A stretch of DNA of 64,000 nt from an uncultured Omnitrophica bacterium (GCA_947085655.1 CAMTXH010000010.1:18015-82014), one strand, 5' to 3'. Counted from the first letter of the stretch, positions 40,469-54,393 are shown. The notes: generated from the letters alone by a model not told the origin. Translations and numbers: made by a program.

Positions 40469-41244
40469 GAAACCCTCACCTTCATTCGGGAAAGTCCCCC
40501 TTGCACGATTTTTTGAAAGGAACCCAATTGGAGACTCGCCCCGCCGACGAGCGCCCCGTCAATGTCGGGCCGGGCAAGGAGTGCGTCGATATTATCCGGC
40601 CTGACGCTCCCTCCGTAAAGGATCCGGAGATCCTCCGCCAGATCCCGATCGAACATCTCTTGGAAATGCTTTCGGATCACGGCATGAACCTCCTCCGCCT
40701 GCTCCGGGGTGGCATTTCTTCCGGTCCCGATCGCCCAGACCGGTTCGTAAGCCACAATAACCTGCTTTGCCCTTTCTTTTTCAATGCCCTGAAAGACGCT
40801 CAAATGGGCTTCGATCACTTCCAGGGTTCTGTTTTTCTCCCTTTCTTCAAGCCGTTCCCCGACACAGACAATCGGAAAAAGGCCATGCTGAAGCGCGCTT
40901 TTCAGTTTTTGGCGGATCACCGCATTCGTCTCCGAAAAATAGGCACGCCGTTCGGAATGTCCGACAATCACATATTGACACCCGGCCGCCTTCAGCATCG
41001 CCGGGGAGACTTCCCCGGTGAAAGCCCCCTCCGTCTCCCAATGAAGATTCTGCGCCCCCACAGCGATCGCGCTTCCGGACAGGGCTTCTGCAACGGAAGT
41101 GAGTGCGGGAAACGGCGGGCAGACCACAAGGTCTATCGGAAGCGGCTTCTGCGGAAAGGCCGATTTCAGCGATGCCGCAAACGAAAGGGCCTCCTCCGGA
41201 GTCTTGTGCATCTTCCAGTTTCCCGCAATCAGGATCTTCCGCAT
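40465..41244 (-). CDS. tpiA: Triosephosphate isomerase
   Basis: [30 protein letters not shown]. Confidence 0.99.
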   Translation of the reverse strand: MRKILIAGNWKMHKTPEEALSFAASLKSAFPQKPLPIDLVVCPPFPALTSVAEALSGSAIAVGAQNLHWETEGAFTGEVSPAMLKAAGCQYVIVGHSERRAYFSETNAVIRQKLKSALQHGLFPIVCVGERLEEREKNRTLEVIEAHLSVFQGIEKERAKQVIVAYEPVWAIGTGRNATPEQAEEVHAVIRKHFQEMFDRDLAEDLRILYGGSVRPDNIDALLARPDIDGALVGGASLQLGSFQKIVQGGLSRMKVRVS

Positions 41245-41246
41245 CC

Positions 41247-44481
<3,235 letters not shown>

Positions 44482-44524
44482 AACTTATCTTATCAAAAGA
44501 TGTTAGGAAAATCTTAAATACTTT

Positions 44525-44552
44525 ATTATAGCACAGATTTCAGGGATGGCAA
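44525..44552 (-). promoter_or_regulatory. Promoter of galT-gap-pgk-tpiA
   Basis: TTGCCA-16 bp-TATAAT with extended -10 TGn. Confidence 0.65.
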
Positions 44553-45487
44553 GAAAAAGTTTCGCCTGAGTGCACCGGATGTCCTGCCAGGAAGGAGCCC
44601 ACTCCCATCCGGGCCTTCCCTTCCGGCTGCATCTCTTTTAGAAGAAGAAACCCTTGCCCGGTCGCCACTTCCAACCCCTTTTCTTTGGAAAGGGAAAGAA
44701 CTTCACCCGGTTTTCCTCCCTTTCTGCCGGGGAGCGGCTCCGCCTTCCAAATCAGAAGCCGTTTCCCCCTCCAGTAGGTGAAACTTCCGGGCCAGGGGAC
44801 AAATGCCCGAATCTGGTTCGAAAGCGCTTCGGCGCTCTTCGACCAGTCGACCAGCCCATCCTCTTTCCTGAGCTTAGGCGCATACGACACAGGCCCTTTT
44901 TGAGGAATAAAGTCCGCTTCTTTCTTTGCGATTTTTTGAACCGCCTTGACCAAAAGAGGGGCAGCCAGCCGGGCAAGCCGTTCGGAAAGCTGCAGGGTAT
45001 CTTCCCCCGGTTCAATCGGAACCCTCTCCTGAAAAAGAATATCCCCCGCATCCACCTCTTTCGTCATCCGGCTGATGGAAATGCCGGTTTCCCGGTCGCC
45101 GTTTAGGATGGCGAAAGGAATGGGACTTGCCCCCCGGTATCGGGGAAGAACAGAAGGATGGACATTGATCCCCCCGTTGGGAAAGATTGGGAATAGGAGA
45201 GGGGGAAGGATTCTCCCGTAAGAAATAAGGATCAAAAGGTCCGGTTTGAGTGATTTCAATTCCGAAAGAAAGGAGTTCTCTTTTAAATCTTTCGGCTGAA
45301 GAAGGGGAAGGCGTTTTTTTGCCGCCCAAAGTTTTACGGGACTTTTCTGGAGTTGAAGAGACCGCCCTCCCGGTTTATCTGTTTCGGTCACCACCGTCAG
45401 AATCTCCTCTTTAGAGCAGAGGAGTGATTCAAGGGACGGTATGGCAAAAGAGGAGGAGCCAAAAAAGATGATTCTCATCGGATTCAA
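44540..45487 (-). CDS. fmt: Methionyl-tRNA formyltransferase
   Basis: IIFFGS..FA, NVHPS.LPRYRGASPI, DAGDI, PWPG. Confidence 0.96.
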   Translation of the reverse strand: MNPMRIIFFGSSSFAIPSLESLLCSKEEILTVVTETDKPGGRSLQLQKSPVKLWAAKKRLPLLQPKDLKENSFLSELKSLKPDLLILISYGRILPPLLFPIFPNGGINVHPSVLPRYRGASPIPFAILNGDRETGISISRMTKEVDAGDILFQERVPIEPGEDTLQLSERLARLAAPLLVKAVQKIAKKEADFIPQKGPVSYAPKLRKEDGLVDWSKSAEALSNQIRAFVPWPGSFTYWRGKRLLIWKAEPLPGRKGGKPGEVLSLSKEKGLEVATGQGFLLLKEMQPEGKARMGVGSFLAGHPVHSGETFSCHP

Positions 45488-47469
45488 TACGGATCGATAT
45501 CCACAATCACCCGAACCCCGCCCTTTCGTTCAAAGCGCTCAAGCGGTTTCTTCAAAAAATCGGCCAGGTCACTCTTCTGGGATTTGACGAGAAGTTGCCA
45601 TTGGCATTCCCCCTTCACCGGATGCAAAAAGTCGGGTGCCGGGCCGAGGAGGGAGATTTTCCTTCCCTTCTTCGCCCGGGCGAGTCTTTTTTTGAACGCG
45701 CGGGAAGCGGCAGAGACGCTTTCTTCTTTCTTCCCCCGGAAAAGAATCCGGGCCAAAAACCGGAAAGGGGGAAAGCCGAGTTCTTTCCGGAAGCGGGATT
45801 CCACCTCATAAAAGGCCTGATAGTTTTGGGTGCTCGCGGCCAGGATCGCCGGATGGTTGGGTGAAAAACTCTGAATGATGACCTCCCCTTTTTTCTCATC
45901 GCGCGCCGCCTGACCGACCAAACGGCTTAAGAGACTGAAGGCCCGTTCGGAAGCGCGAAAATCAGGGGTATTCAAAAGGGTGTCCGCAGAAAGAATCCCC
46001 ACAAGCGGAACCGCCGTCTCCTGGCGGACGACCATCTGGGTTCCGATGAGAATGTCGAGCTCCTTTTTCCGGAAGGCCTCTGTCATCTGATCCCGAGAGC
46101 CCTCTCTCAAAGCATCCGTATCCAGCCGCGCGATCTGTGCCGCCGGAAAAAGGCGGTGGGCCTCGCTTTCAATCCTTTCGGTTCCGACGCCGGTATAACG
46201 GAGAACGCTCCCCCGGCATTCCGGACAGACATTCTGGGGAAGTTCTTCCGTATTACAGGTATGACACCGAAGCCGCTTGAGTGCGGCATGATACTTAAGG
46301 GGAAGCTGGCATGAGGGGCACCGGCGGACCTGACCGCACTTCCGGCAGTGGATATAGGTCGAGAAACCCCGTCGGTTCAGAAAAAGGAGGATCTGGCCCT
46401 TCTCTTCCAACACATTCGCCATCCGGCGTTCGAGATATTTGGAGAAGAAGACTTTTCGCCTTTTTTCCCTCCATTCCTCCCGCATATCGACCACATGGAC
46501 CTTGGGAATTTTGGACGGCGGTTGACCGCCGGTCAGATCCAGAAGAACGGCGCGACCTTTGAGTGCCTCGGTATACGATTCAAAGGATGGCGTATCGCTC
46601 TCCAAAAGAACCGAAGCCCCCTCGAGGGAAGAGCGAAAAAAAGCGATTTGCCGGGCATGGTAACGGGGGGATTCGTCCTGTTTATACCCCGGATCATGCT
46701 CTTCACATAGGATTACAAGGCCGAGCCGCTTCACCGGACTGAAGACGGCGGAACGGCTTCCGACCACAATGCGAACTCTTCCCTCCCGAAGGTCGTTCCA
46801 GAGCGCATACCGGTCCAGGGGAGAAAGGGCGCCGTGAAAAATGCAGACCTCCTTCCCGAAAAAGCGTTTGAATCGCTCAAATGCCGCCTTTGCCATTTCA
46901 ATCTCCGGATAAAGGACGAGGGCGGAGAGCTCTTTCTTCAATATTTCATGGACAATCTGGAGGAGGAGTTCCGTCTTTCCTTCGGAGCGATTTCCCAACA
47001 AAAGAAACGTCTTTGGGGTTTTGCTCTCGAATGCCGCCTTCACGTCATCAAGAATCTTTTTCTGTACCGCATCCGGAACCGAAAGAGACTCGAGTTCTTT
47101 GAGCGGTTCCTGCTCCGGAGGATTGCCGCGGGTCCGGGGACGGAGAGAACTTGGAAGAATCGCCTCAAGGGCCTCTCCCCAGGAACAGAGATAATACGCC
47201 TTCATCCGTTTGGAAAGTTCCAAAAGAGTCGGGTCCAAAAGAGGCGCCTCATCCACCAGGTTTTCAATCGGTTTGATCGATTTGAGGGGAAGATTTGTCC
47301 GGGACTCAAGACCCACAATATATCCGATTTTCCGCTTGTTTCCAAAAGGGACCCGGACTCTTTGTCCGACGGCGACTTTCCCTTTGAACGTCTCCGGAAC
47401 GGAATAATCAAAATATCGGTCTGGAGGAAGCGGGAGAACGACCCGGGCGTAAAGCGGTTTGGACTTCAT
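45484..47469 (-). CDS. priA: Primosomal protein N'
   Basis: FDYSVP, YKQDESPRYHAR, LNRRGF, CxxC Zn motifs, GTERIE; ATG at 47469; helicase motifs look degenerate (GNRSEGKT, CEEH). Confidence 0.93.
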   Translation of the reverse strand: MKSKPLYARVVLPLPPDRYFDYSVPETFKGKVAVGQRVRVPFGNKRKIGYIVGLESRTNLPLKSIKPIENLVDEAPLLDPTLLELSKRMKAYYLCSWGEALEAILPSSLRPRTRGNPPEQEPLKELESLSVPDAVQKKILDDVKAAFESKTPKTFLLLGNRSEGKTELLLQIVHEILKKELSALVLYPEIEMAKAAFERFKRFFGKEVCIFHGALSPLDRYALWNDLREGRVRIVVGSRSAVFSPVKRLGLVILCEEHDPGYKQDESPRYHARQIAFFRSSLEGASVLLESDTPSFESYTEALKGRAVLLDLTGGQPPSKIPKVHVVDMREEWREKRRKVFFSKYLERRMANVLEEKGQILLFLNRRGFSTYIHCRKCGQVRRCPSCQLPLKYHAALKRLRCHTCNTEELPQNVCPECRGSVLRYTGVGTERIESEAHRLFPAAQIARLDTDALREGSRDQMTEAFRKKELDILIGTQMVVRQETAVPLVGILSADTLLNTPDFRASERAFSLLSRLVGQAARDEKKGEVIIQSFSPNHPAILAASTQNYQAFYEVESRFRKELGFPPFRFLARILFRGKKEESVSAASRAFKKRLARAKKGRKISLLGPAPDFLHPVKGECQWQLLVKSQKSDLADFLKKPLERFERKGGVRVIVDIDPY

Positions 47470-48176
47470 GCTTTGGACTCCTTCAAAGCATTCCTGATTT
47501 TTTTCATGTCTTCCCAGACGAGCCGTTTGGCGGAGGGGTTCCTCAAAAGATAGGCGGGATGGAAGGTCGGCATGACCGGAATCCCCTGATAATCGTAGAA
47601 TCGGCCCCGGAGGAGAGAAAGAGACTCCTCCTTCCGCACCAGGACCAGCGTCGCATACCGTCCCAATGCGCAGATGATCCGCGGACGGATGAGTGTAATC
47701 TGCCGGACTAGGTAAGGCGAGCAGGTATGCACTTCTTCCGGCAGAGGTCCCCGATTTCCGGGAGGGCGGCATTTGATGACGTTGGCAATGTAGACTTCTT
47801 CCCGACGGAGACCGATCGACTCGATGATTTTTGTGAGGAGTTGTCCTGCCTGTCCGACAAAGGGACGTCCCTGCCTGTCCTCTTCCGCACCCGGCGCTTC
47901 CCCCACAAACATGAGTTCTGCCCTCGGGGACCCCTCTCCGAAGACGGTCTGGCTCCGCCCCCGATGAAGGGAGCACTTCACACAGGAGGCGACTTCCCTT
48001 TCAATCTGTTTAAGTCCCAGGTTATCTCCGGATCCTCCCCGAAGAGGAGATTCCTTTTGTCGGGAGCCGGAACTCGCCGGAACCGTTTCGGTTCCGAATC
48101 CGGCCTCCAGGGTGAGCCAATCCCGCAGGGCGCATGAAATTTCATGTAACGCTTTTCGGGAAGGGTGAGCTCTCAT
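47466..48176 (-). CDS. Family-4 uracil-DNA glycosylase
   Basis: [27 protein letters not shown]. Confidence 0.95.
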   Translation of the reverse strand: MRAHPSRKALHEISCALRDWLTLEAGFGTETVPASSGSRQKESPLRGGSGDNLGLKQIEREVASCVKCSLHRGRSQTVFGEGSPRAELMFVGEAPGAEEDRQGRPFVGQAGQLLTKIIESIGLRREEVYIANVIKCRPPGNRGPLPEEVHTCSPYLVRQITLIRPRIICALGRYATLVLVRKEESLSLLRGRFYDYQGIPVMPTFHPAYLLRNPSAKRLVWEDMKKIRNALKESKA

Positions 48177-49288
48177 GAGAAAATCTCCGTGATAAAATCA
48201 GCGGTCCGGCGCGCTGCCTGATGTTGCCGTATCATTTCCATCTGTTTCCGGACAAAAGAGAGCCGTTCCTTCAGATGCTCAAGGTCTGAAAAATGGGCTT
48301 CCAGCTCCTGAAGCGTTCCGGCCGAGAGGGCCGCCTGATGCCGAAGGAGAACCTGCTGGTTTCCCTGTTCCTGCCCCGGAATCGGGCGAAAAATGAGCAT
48401 CGGAAGTCCCTTGGCAAGGGCCTCCGTCATCATCAGCCCCCCCGACTTACTCACCAGACAATCGCTCATCGCCATCAGCTCGTCCATATTCTGGACGAAT
48501 CCGTAAATCTTGACCCGCTCCCGCACCCCCGCATTTCGAGAAACAAGCCGCTCGTAAAGGGGCCGGTTGTGGCCGCAGACCACCAAAAGCTGAAGTTCCG
48601 GCTTTCGAATCAGGACGGAGACAAGCCGTTCGATCGGCCCGATCCCGAATCCGCCGCTTGCCACCAGCACCGTAAAACGCTCCGAAGAAAGGGCCTGTTT
48701 TTGAAGAAGGGATAAGCGGTCTTTCTCTTCCTCAAAGCGGGGGTCAACCGGAATACCGAAGAGGGCGATTTTTTCGTCCGAAACACCCCGCTTGATCAGA
48801 GATGCCCTTGTCTCCGAACTTCCGACCACATACAAATCAGTCTCGGCGGCTATCCAAACGGTATGAATCGCTAAATCCGTAATGACCGTCACAAGACGCG
48901 CCTTCAATCTCCCATTCCTCTTGAGCGCGGAGGCGACTTCGCTTGCAAAAAAATGCGTCGAAACAACAACCTCCGGCTCCTCCCTCACCAAAAAGCGTTC
49001 GAGTGCTTTTCCGTTTGCAGCATTCAACAGCCGGCGGGCACGCTGGAGCCATGGAGCCACGGCGGGAATGTTAAACCCTTGATAGAAAAATCCCCAGACG
49101 GCCGGGAGATACTTTACCAGGAAAAGGTAGATCCGCGGATAAAGATAACGAAATGCAACATGGGTGTAGTCCAGGGAATCAATCAGTTGGAGGGAAATAC
49201 CCGGCGCCGCCTGGAGGGCCTGAACCAGCGCCTCCGCCGCCCGCTTGTGGCCGAGGCCGCTTGAGGCATACACCACCACCACTTTCAT
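48173..49288 (-). CDS. MGDG synthase/UgtP-like glycosyltransferase (GT28)
   Basis: GLGH..AA, STH, TD..H..W, GIPV, KSGG, PIPGQE. Confidence 0.88.
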   Translation of the reverse strand: MKVVVVYASSGLGHKRAAEALVQALQAAPGISLQLIDSLDYTHVAFRYLYPRIYLFLVKYLPAVWGFFYQGFNIPAVAPWLQRARRLLNAANGKALERFLVREEPEVVVSTHFFASEVASALKRNGRLKARLVTVITDLAIHTVWIAAETDLYVVGSSETRASLIKRGVSDEKIALFGIPVDPRFEEEKDRLSLLQKQALSSERFTVLVASGGFGIGPIERLVSVLIRKPELQLLVVCGHNRPLYERLVSRNAGVRERVKIYGFVQNMDELMAMSDCLVSKSGGLMMTEALAKGLPMLIFRPIPGQEQGNQQVLLRHQAALSAGTLQELEAHFSDLEHLKERLSFVRKQMEMIRQHQAARRTADFITEIFS

Positions 49289-49845
49289 CGGCTGTTGTCT
49301 TCCTGCAAAATCCAGCGGACTGCATTCAGAAGGTCTTTTTTAACCGCATCCGGCTTGACGACCCATTCCGCTTTCCGGGAGCGTTTTTCCCTTCCGGAAA
49401 GAACCAGGATCGTTTTGCAACGGAGCTTCTTTCCCGCCGCAATATCCGCCATCGAATCTCCGACCAGGTACGTTTCCCGGAACCGAACCTTGAAACGCTC
49501 TTTGGCTTTTCGAAAGAGTTCCGTCTTTGGCTTTCGACAGCGGCAGCGGTCCTCATCCCGGTGCGGACAGTAATAAACCGCGTCGAGCCGGCCGCCATGT
49601 TGTTGGATTCTCTTCCGGATCCGACGGGTGATTTCCCGGAGATCCCTCATGGAGTAGAATCCCTTGGCCACTCCCGCCTGATTCGAGACGACCACCACGC
49701 GGTATCCCTTTTTTTTCAGGAGACGGAGTGCTTTTAATGCGCGGGGGAGAAAACGGACCTTAGACCAGCTGTCCACATAGGTGTTGGTTTTGTTCCGATT
49801 GATTACCCCGTCCCGGTCTAGGAAAACTGTTTTTTTCGGTGTCAT
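49285..49845 (-). CDS. gmhB: D-glycero-D-manno-heptose-1,7-bisphosphate phosphatase
   Basis: FLDRDGVIN, SNQAG, CPH...C.CRKP, GD...D. Confidence 0.9.
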   Translation of the reverse strand: MTPKKTVFLDRDGVINRNKTNTYVDSWSKVRFLPRALKALRLLKKKGYRVVVVSNQAGVAKGFYSMRDLREITRRIRKRIQQHGGRLDAVYYCPHRDEDRCRCRKPKTELFRKAKERFKVRFRETYLVGDSMADIAAGKKLRCKTILVLSGREKRSRKAEWVVKPDAVKKDLLNAVRWILQEDNSR

Positions 49846-50885
49846 TCCAAAAGATCCCGGTTTTTTTGAACCCACCCGAGGAGACGGTTCGCTCCTTCTT
49901 CAAACGGCACCGAGACATGCCAACGCAAATGTTTCTCTACCTTCGAGATGTCGGAGATATACACTTTCTGATCACTCGCCCGCCAATCCGAAAAGCGGAT
50001 CCGGATTTTGGTGCCGAGTCTATCCTGAAGGAGTTTCACAAACTCAAGAAGCGACACCGTATGCTTCGGACCTCCTCCGATATTGAAAACCTCCGGTTTC
50101 TTGGCCGACTCGATAAACCGTTCGTATGCCTTCATGAGGTCCGAGACGTAGAGAACATCCCGAACCTGCTTTCCGTTTCCGTAAATCGTCAGGGGGCGTT
50201 TTAAAACGGATCGGATGATGAAGTGGGCCACCCATCCCTGGTCCTCGAAGCCAAACTGACGCGTCCCATAGATACAACTCATCCGGAAGACTCCTGTCTT
50301 CATTCCGTAGAGATGGCCGTACTCCTGGACATACAAATCTGCCGTGTATTTACTCACCCCGTAAGGGGTGTGTCCGGCCAGGTCCACTGGAAACGTCTCC
50401 GAAATCCCGCGAACCCCTCTGAACCGGTAGCGGCTCTTTCCTTCGACCAGCGGGAGCCGGTCCACATTCTCCCCGTAAACCTTGTTCGTTGAACAAAGAA
50501 GAAAACTCGCCTTGGGGGAACGTTTCCGGACCGCCTCGAGAACCGTAAGTGTTCCCTCAGCATTGATGGAAAAATCCTCTTTTGGATTCTGAATGGAGAA
50601 GCCGACCCCCGGCTGGGCGGCCGCATGCAAAACCGCATCCACTCCCTTTCCGACGGCGCGCTGGACATCCCGGGGATTCCGGACATCTCCCTTGATCCTT
50701 TCAATGTTCCGGAGGGAAGCCAGATACCGCCAGTTGTATTCGACACTTTTCCGGTTGGCGCGAAAGAGCCGCGAACGGCTCAAATTATCCAGCACGACCA
50801 CCTTCCACCCCCTTTTGGAAAAGTGTTCTGCGGCATGGCTCCCGACCATCCCGGCTCCCCCCGTCACCAAAATCCGCTTCTTCAC
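49842..50885 (-). CDS. NAD-dependent epimerase (CDP-paratose 2-epimerase-like)
   Basis: GGAG..G, STNKVYG, YGVSK, RMSCIYG.RQFG.EDQGWV. Confidence 0.85.
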   Translation of the reverse strand: MKKRILVTGGAGMVGSHAAEHFSKRGWKVVVLDNLSRSRLFRANRKSVEYNWRYLASLRNIERIKGDVRNPRDVQRAVGKGVDAVLHAAAQPGVGFSIQNPKEDFSINAEGTLTVLEAVRKRSPKASFLLCSTNKVYGENVDRLPLVEGKSRYRFRGVRGISETFPVDLAGHTPYGVSKYTADLYVQEYGHLYGMKTGVFRMSCIYGTRQFGFEDQGWVAHFIIRSVLKRPLTIYGNGKQVRDVLYVSDLMKAYERFIESAKKPEVFNIGGGPKHTVSLLEFVKLLQDRLGTKIRIRFSDWRASDQKVYISDISKVEKHLRWHVSVPFEEGANRLLGWVQKNRDLLE

Positions 50886-50960
50886 CCCGTTAGAAACTCC
50901 TCATATTGATCACATAACATTTTAGAAATCCCTATTAGAAACATGTGTTTCTAACGGGGT
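50884..50960. repeat. Element with 14-bp terminal inverted repeats
   Basis: accccgttagaaac (50884-50897) / gtttctaacggggt (50947-50960), plus an internal degenerate cctattagaaac copy. Confidence 0.85.
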
Positions 50961-52178
50961 TCATGAAACGCCCTCCGTCTGTTTTTGCTTCGGGAAAAAT
51001 CGGAGTTTTAAGAGAGCAGCGAAAAGACAGAGGGTCCCTCCCGTCACTGCTGAGTAAAGATCGGTTAGTTTCACCCCTTTTTCCTGAACGAAGAATTCAC
51101 TTGAAAGCGAAATAAGAAAAAAAGAGGCGGTCACCAATCCCAAAATCACACTATCCTTTCCTTTTTCCTTCAAAAGATAATGAAAAAGGACGAGGTACGA
51201 AACCGAAATCGGAAGAAAGGCATTTCGCCAGGCATTCGGATTAAAAAGACTCATGCAAAGCGAGAGGCAAGCGTACGTCGAAAGCCGTCCCGGAGAGAAG
51301 GGCTCCGTCTCCCTTCCTGGCAGAGCCGAAAGACAGACCATATAAAGGAAGAGACAGACACCGCCGTAAAGGAGAAAAAGCTCCTTTCGGGAGAGGTCCA
51401 GAAGATGGAATCCGACCGGGCTCTCTCCATAAAAGAGACGTCCCAAAAGGGCAAGGAGTGACTGATTGGGCGGTGTGGTGATGGAAATATCATCGAGGGA
51501 ACTTTTGAAAAGAAACGATGTCCCCTCGATGAGGAGATTGGCATTTTCCCGAAGACCGACGGAAAAAGACGGAAGGAGCGTCAGGATCAAAAGAAAAAGA
51601 ATGGTCCACCCCAAAAAACGGAACCGCCTCTCCAGAAGAAACACCGGCACAAAAAGAACCGTCAGATACTTGGTAAGCATCGAAAAGGCGAAGAAGAATC
51701 CTCCGAGGAGGTCTCTCCCTTTTGAGAAACAGAGGATGGCGCTCCAGAGAAGGGTCAACATGAAGAGATTCGCTTGCCCTCCGTGGAGATTTTCAAGAAG
51801 AATTCGGAAAGAGGCGACTCCCGCCAAGGCGTAGAGCCAAGGGACCTTTTCGGAGGCAAGCGGCGGAAGGAGTATCCGGAGGGTTACAGAAAGGACTGAA
51901 AGAAACAAAAGATTCAAAAAACACCAGAGCCGCGCTGCCTGTCTTTCGGGAAGCGAGGCGATCGGTCCCATGAAAAAGGCAAAAAAGGGAGGGTATTTAA
52001 AATAGGAAACATCCCCTTCAAACGTATAAATCGGCTCTCCGTTTAAGAAACGGGCTCCTGCCGTATACATCATATGAAAATCCGAAAAATGCCTTTTCGG
52101 CGCCCGGTAATCGTACTGGATAAAAAGGATGCCATAGAAAAGAAGGAGAAGTCCCATCCAAAGGCGCTTTTTTTTCAA
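50961..52178 (-). CDS. GT87/DUF2029-like membrane glycosyltransferase
   Basis: DF..Y, YPP, GQ.N, K, NQSL, many TMs. Confidence 0.8.
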   Translation of the reverse strand: MKKKRLWMGLLLLFYGILFIQYDYRAPKRHFSDFHMMYTAGARFLNGEPIYTFEGDVSYFKYPPFFAFFMGPIASLPERQAARLWCFLNLLFLSVLSVTLRILLPPLASEKVPWLYALAGVASFRILLENLHGGQANLFMLTLLWSAILCFSKGRDLLGGFFFAFSMLTKYLTVLFVPVFLLERRFRFLGWTILFLLILTLLPSFSVGLRENANLLIEGTSFLFKSSLDDISITTPPNQSLLALLGRLFYGESPVGFHLLDLSRKELFLLYGGVCLFLYMVCLSALPGRETEPFSPGRLSTYACLSLCMSLFNPNAWRNAFLPISVSYLVLFHYLLKEKGKDSVILGLVTASFFLISLSSEFFVQEKGVKLTDLYSAVTGGTLCLFAALLKLRFFPKQKQTEGVS

Positions 52179-53284
52179 ATCACCTCCCAGAAGCGTCGGA
52201 GGGTGCGAATGACCCGCTCTCGGTCCGTTCGGGTCAGTTCCGGATACATCGGAAGAGAGAGAACTTCTCTTGAGGCCCGCTCGCTTTCCGGGAAATCGCC
52301 CCGGCGGTATCCCAGCGAAGAAAGGGCTTTCTGCAGATGAAGCGGAACAGGATAATGAAGGCCTGTCTCAATTCCCTGCTTGAGGAGAAACTGCCGGAGC
52401 CGTCCGCGCTCCCTTGTCCGGATGACAAAGAGGTGATAGACGTGGTGTCTTGCCGGTAACTCCTCCGGCAGTCTCAAGGGGAGTCCCCGAAGCCCCTTCC
52501 GGTAGAATGCGGCATGACGGCGGCGGAGAAGATTCCAACGCCGGAGGTGTTTCAGTTTGATCCGGAGGACCGCTGCCTGGAGTTCATCCATCCTCCCGTT
52601 CCAACCGGGAAAGACGTGCTGATATTTTGTCAAAGCGCCGTGGTCTCGAAGGAGTCTCACTTTTTCGGCCAGGCGCCGGTCACGGGTCACTACCATTCCC
52701 CCCTCGCCGTAACCGCCAAGATTTTTGGAGGGATAAAAACTGAAGCAGCCGACTTTCCCGAGCGACCCGATTCGCCTCCCCCGGTACAGAGCCCCATGCG
52801 CCTGGGCAGCGTCTTCGACGACCGGAATCCCGGTGGCTCTGGAAACGCGAAGGAGCGGCGTCATGTCGCACGGCTGACCGTAGAGATGGACCGGGAGAAA
52901 CGCCCTGGTCCGGCGGTTCGTCTTCCTTTTGACCTGAGATATATCCATGGTATAGGTGGCCGGGTCGATATCCACGAAAACAGGCGTTGCCCCTGTCTGA
53001 AGAATCGCTTCGACGGTGCCGATGAAGGTAAATGGGACGGTGATGACCTCATCCCCCTCCTTAATTCCGAGTCCCCGCAGGGCCAAGTGGAGTGCTTCTG
53101 TTCCGGAGCCGACCGACACCGCATAAGGAACGCCGCAAAAAGCGCCGAAGGCCTCCTCGAATTTCCGGATGTTCGGGCCGTCGATGAGGTGCATCCCGCG
53201 GAAAATGTCCCGAAAGGAAGAAATCACTTCTTTCGCGAGAGGACGATATTGCGCTTTTAAATCAACGAGGGGAATCCGTTTCAC
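52175..53284 (-). CDS. DegT/DnrJ/EryC1/StrS sugar aminotransferase
   Basis: SGTEAL, PVHLYGQ, EDAAQAHG, SFYPSKNLG. Confidence 0.95.
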   Translation of the reverse strand: MKRIPLVDLKAQYRPLAKEVISSFRDIFRGMHLIDGPNIRKFEEAFGAFCGVPYAVSVGSGTEALHLALRGLGIKEGDEVITVPFTFIGTVEAILQTGATPVFVDIDPATYTMDISQVKRKTNRRTRAFLPVHLYGQPCDMTPLLRVSRATGIPVVEDAAQAHGALYRGRRIGSLGKVGCFSFYPSKNLGGYGEGGMVVTRDRRLAEKVRLLRDHGALTKYQHVFPGWNGRMDELQAAVLRIKLKHLRRWNLLRRRHAAFYRKGLRGLPLRLPEELPARHHVYHLFVIRTRERGRLRQFLLKQGIETGLHYPVPLHLQKALSSLGYRRGDFPESERASREVLSLPMYPELTRTDRERVIRTLRRFWEVI

Positions 53285-54393
53285 TGTTGCCTGAGTCCCC
53301 GCTTGAGGAGTTCCTGATCCGCCTTTTCAGACAGATCCTTTGCCTTCTGGGTCTCTCCCCATGAGACAAGATCCTTCAGGCCGTCCCGGAGACTCCATCT
53401 GGGAGTATATCCCAGAGACACGAGCCGGGAAATATCCGCAAAACAGTGCCGGATATCCCCGGAGCGGTATTTCCCAACAACCTGCGGCCGGACAGGAGAC
53501 TGATAGAGATGGATGAGGGTATTTGCGATTTCAAGAATGGAGGTCGCTTTGCCGCTTCCCACGTTGAACGTGCCGTAATCCGCTTTTGGGCTTCCCATGA
53601 CCAGAAGATTCGCCCGCACCACATCTTCGACATGGACAAAGTCCCGGCTCTGAAGACCGTCTTCATAAACAAGGGGCGGCCGGCGGTTTTTAATCCGGCT
53701 TGAAAAAATGGCGCAGACCCCCGTGTACGGATTGGAAAGAGCCTGCCGGGGGCCGTACGCATTGAAATAGCGGAGGGCCGCGACCGGAAGATGATAGGTC
53801 CTCCCGATAAGAAGAGACATCTCTTCTTGGTGACGCTTGGACATGGCATAAATCGAAGTCGGATCGAGCGGCTTGGATTCATCCGTCTGGACGGGGCGTG
53901 CCGGTGTTTTACATTGGGGACAGAGGATTTCCCACTTTTTGATCAAAAGCTGTCTTTCGCTCCGAGACGGGGGGGCAATCAATCCGCATTTGGAACAGCG
54001 GTATCGTCCCTCACCGTAAAGACTCATGGAACTGGCCACAATCAGTTTTTTCACCTTCGTCTTTTCACGGACCAGAAGGTCAAGAAGCAGGGCCGTTCCC
54101 TGGGTATTCACCTCCACATAATCGGCCACCTCATACATCGACTGGCCCACGCCGACGGCGGCCGCCTCATGAAAAACGACGTCGCTCGGCTTAAGAACTT
54201 TTTTAAGCGCGTTCCGGTCCCGGACATCCCCTTTGACATATTGCGCCCCCTTGTTGAGATAATCCGGCCGTTTCTTGCCGTGCACCTGGGGCACAAAATC
54301 ATCATAGACCGTCACCGAGTGCCCCTTCGCAACGAGGGCATCGACCAAATGCGAGCCGATGAACCCGGCACCGCCTGTCACGAGAATCTTCAT
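53281..54393 (-). CDS. NAD-dependent epimerase/dehydratase with CxxC...CxxC insert (WbiB-like)
   Basis: GGAGFIG, AAVGVGQSMY, YAMSK, GPRQALSNPYTGV. Confidence 0.88.
   Translation of the reverse strand: MKILVTGGAGFIGSHLVDALVAKGHSVTVYDDFVPQVHGKKRPDYLNKGAQYVKGDVRDRNALKKVLKPSDVVFHEAAAVGVGQSMYEVADYVEVNTQGTALLLDLLVREKTKVKKLIVASSMSLYGEGRYRCSKCGLIAPPSRSERQLLIKKWEILCPQCKTPARPVQTDESKPLDPTSIYAMSKRHQEEMSLLIGRTYHLPVAALRYFNAYGPRQALSNPYTGVCAIFSSRIKNRRPPLVYEDGLQSRDFVHVEDVVRANLLVMGSPKADYGTFNVGSGKATSILEIANTLIHLYQSPVRPQVVGKYRSGDIRHCFADISRLVSLGYTPRWSLRDGLKDLVSWGETQKAKDLSEKADQELLKRGLRQQ

Noticed and set aside
47470-47976. 169-aa N-terminal extension of PriA in the ORF track, and similar extensions for argF, pgk, gap, oppB, rfbD and others
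   Set aside because: They overlap upstream genes; internal starts coupled to the upstream stop fit family lengths
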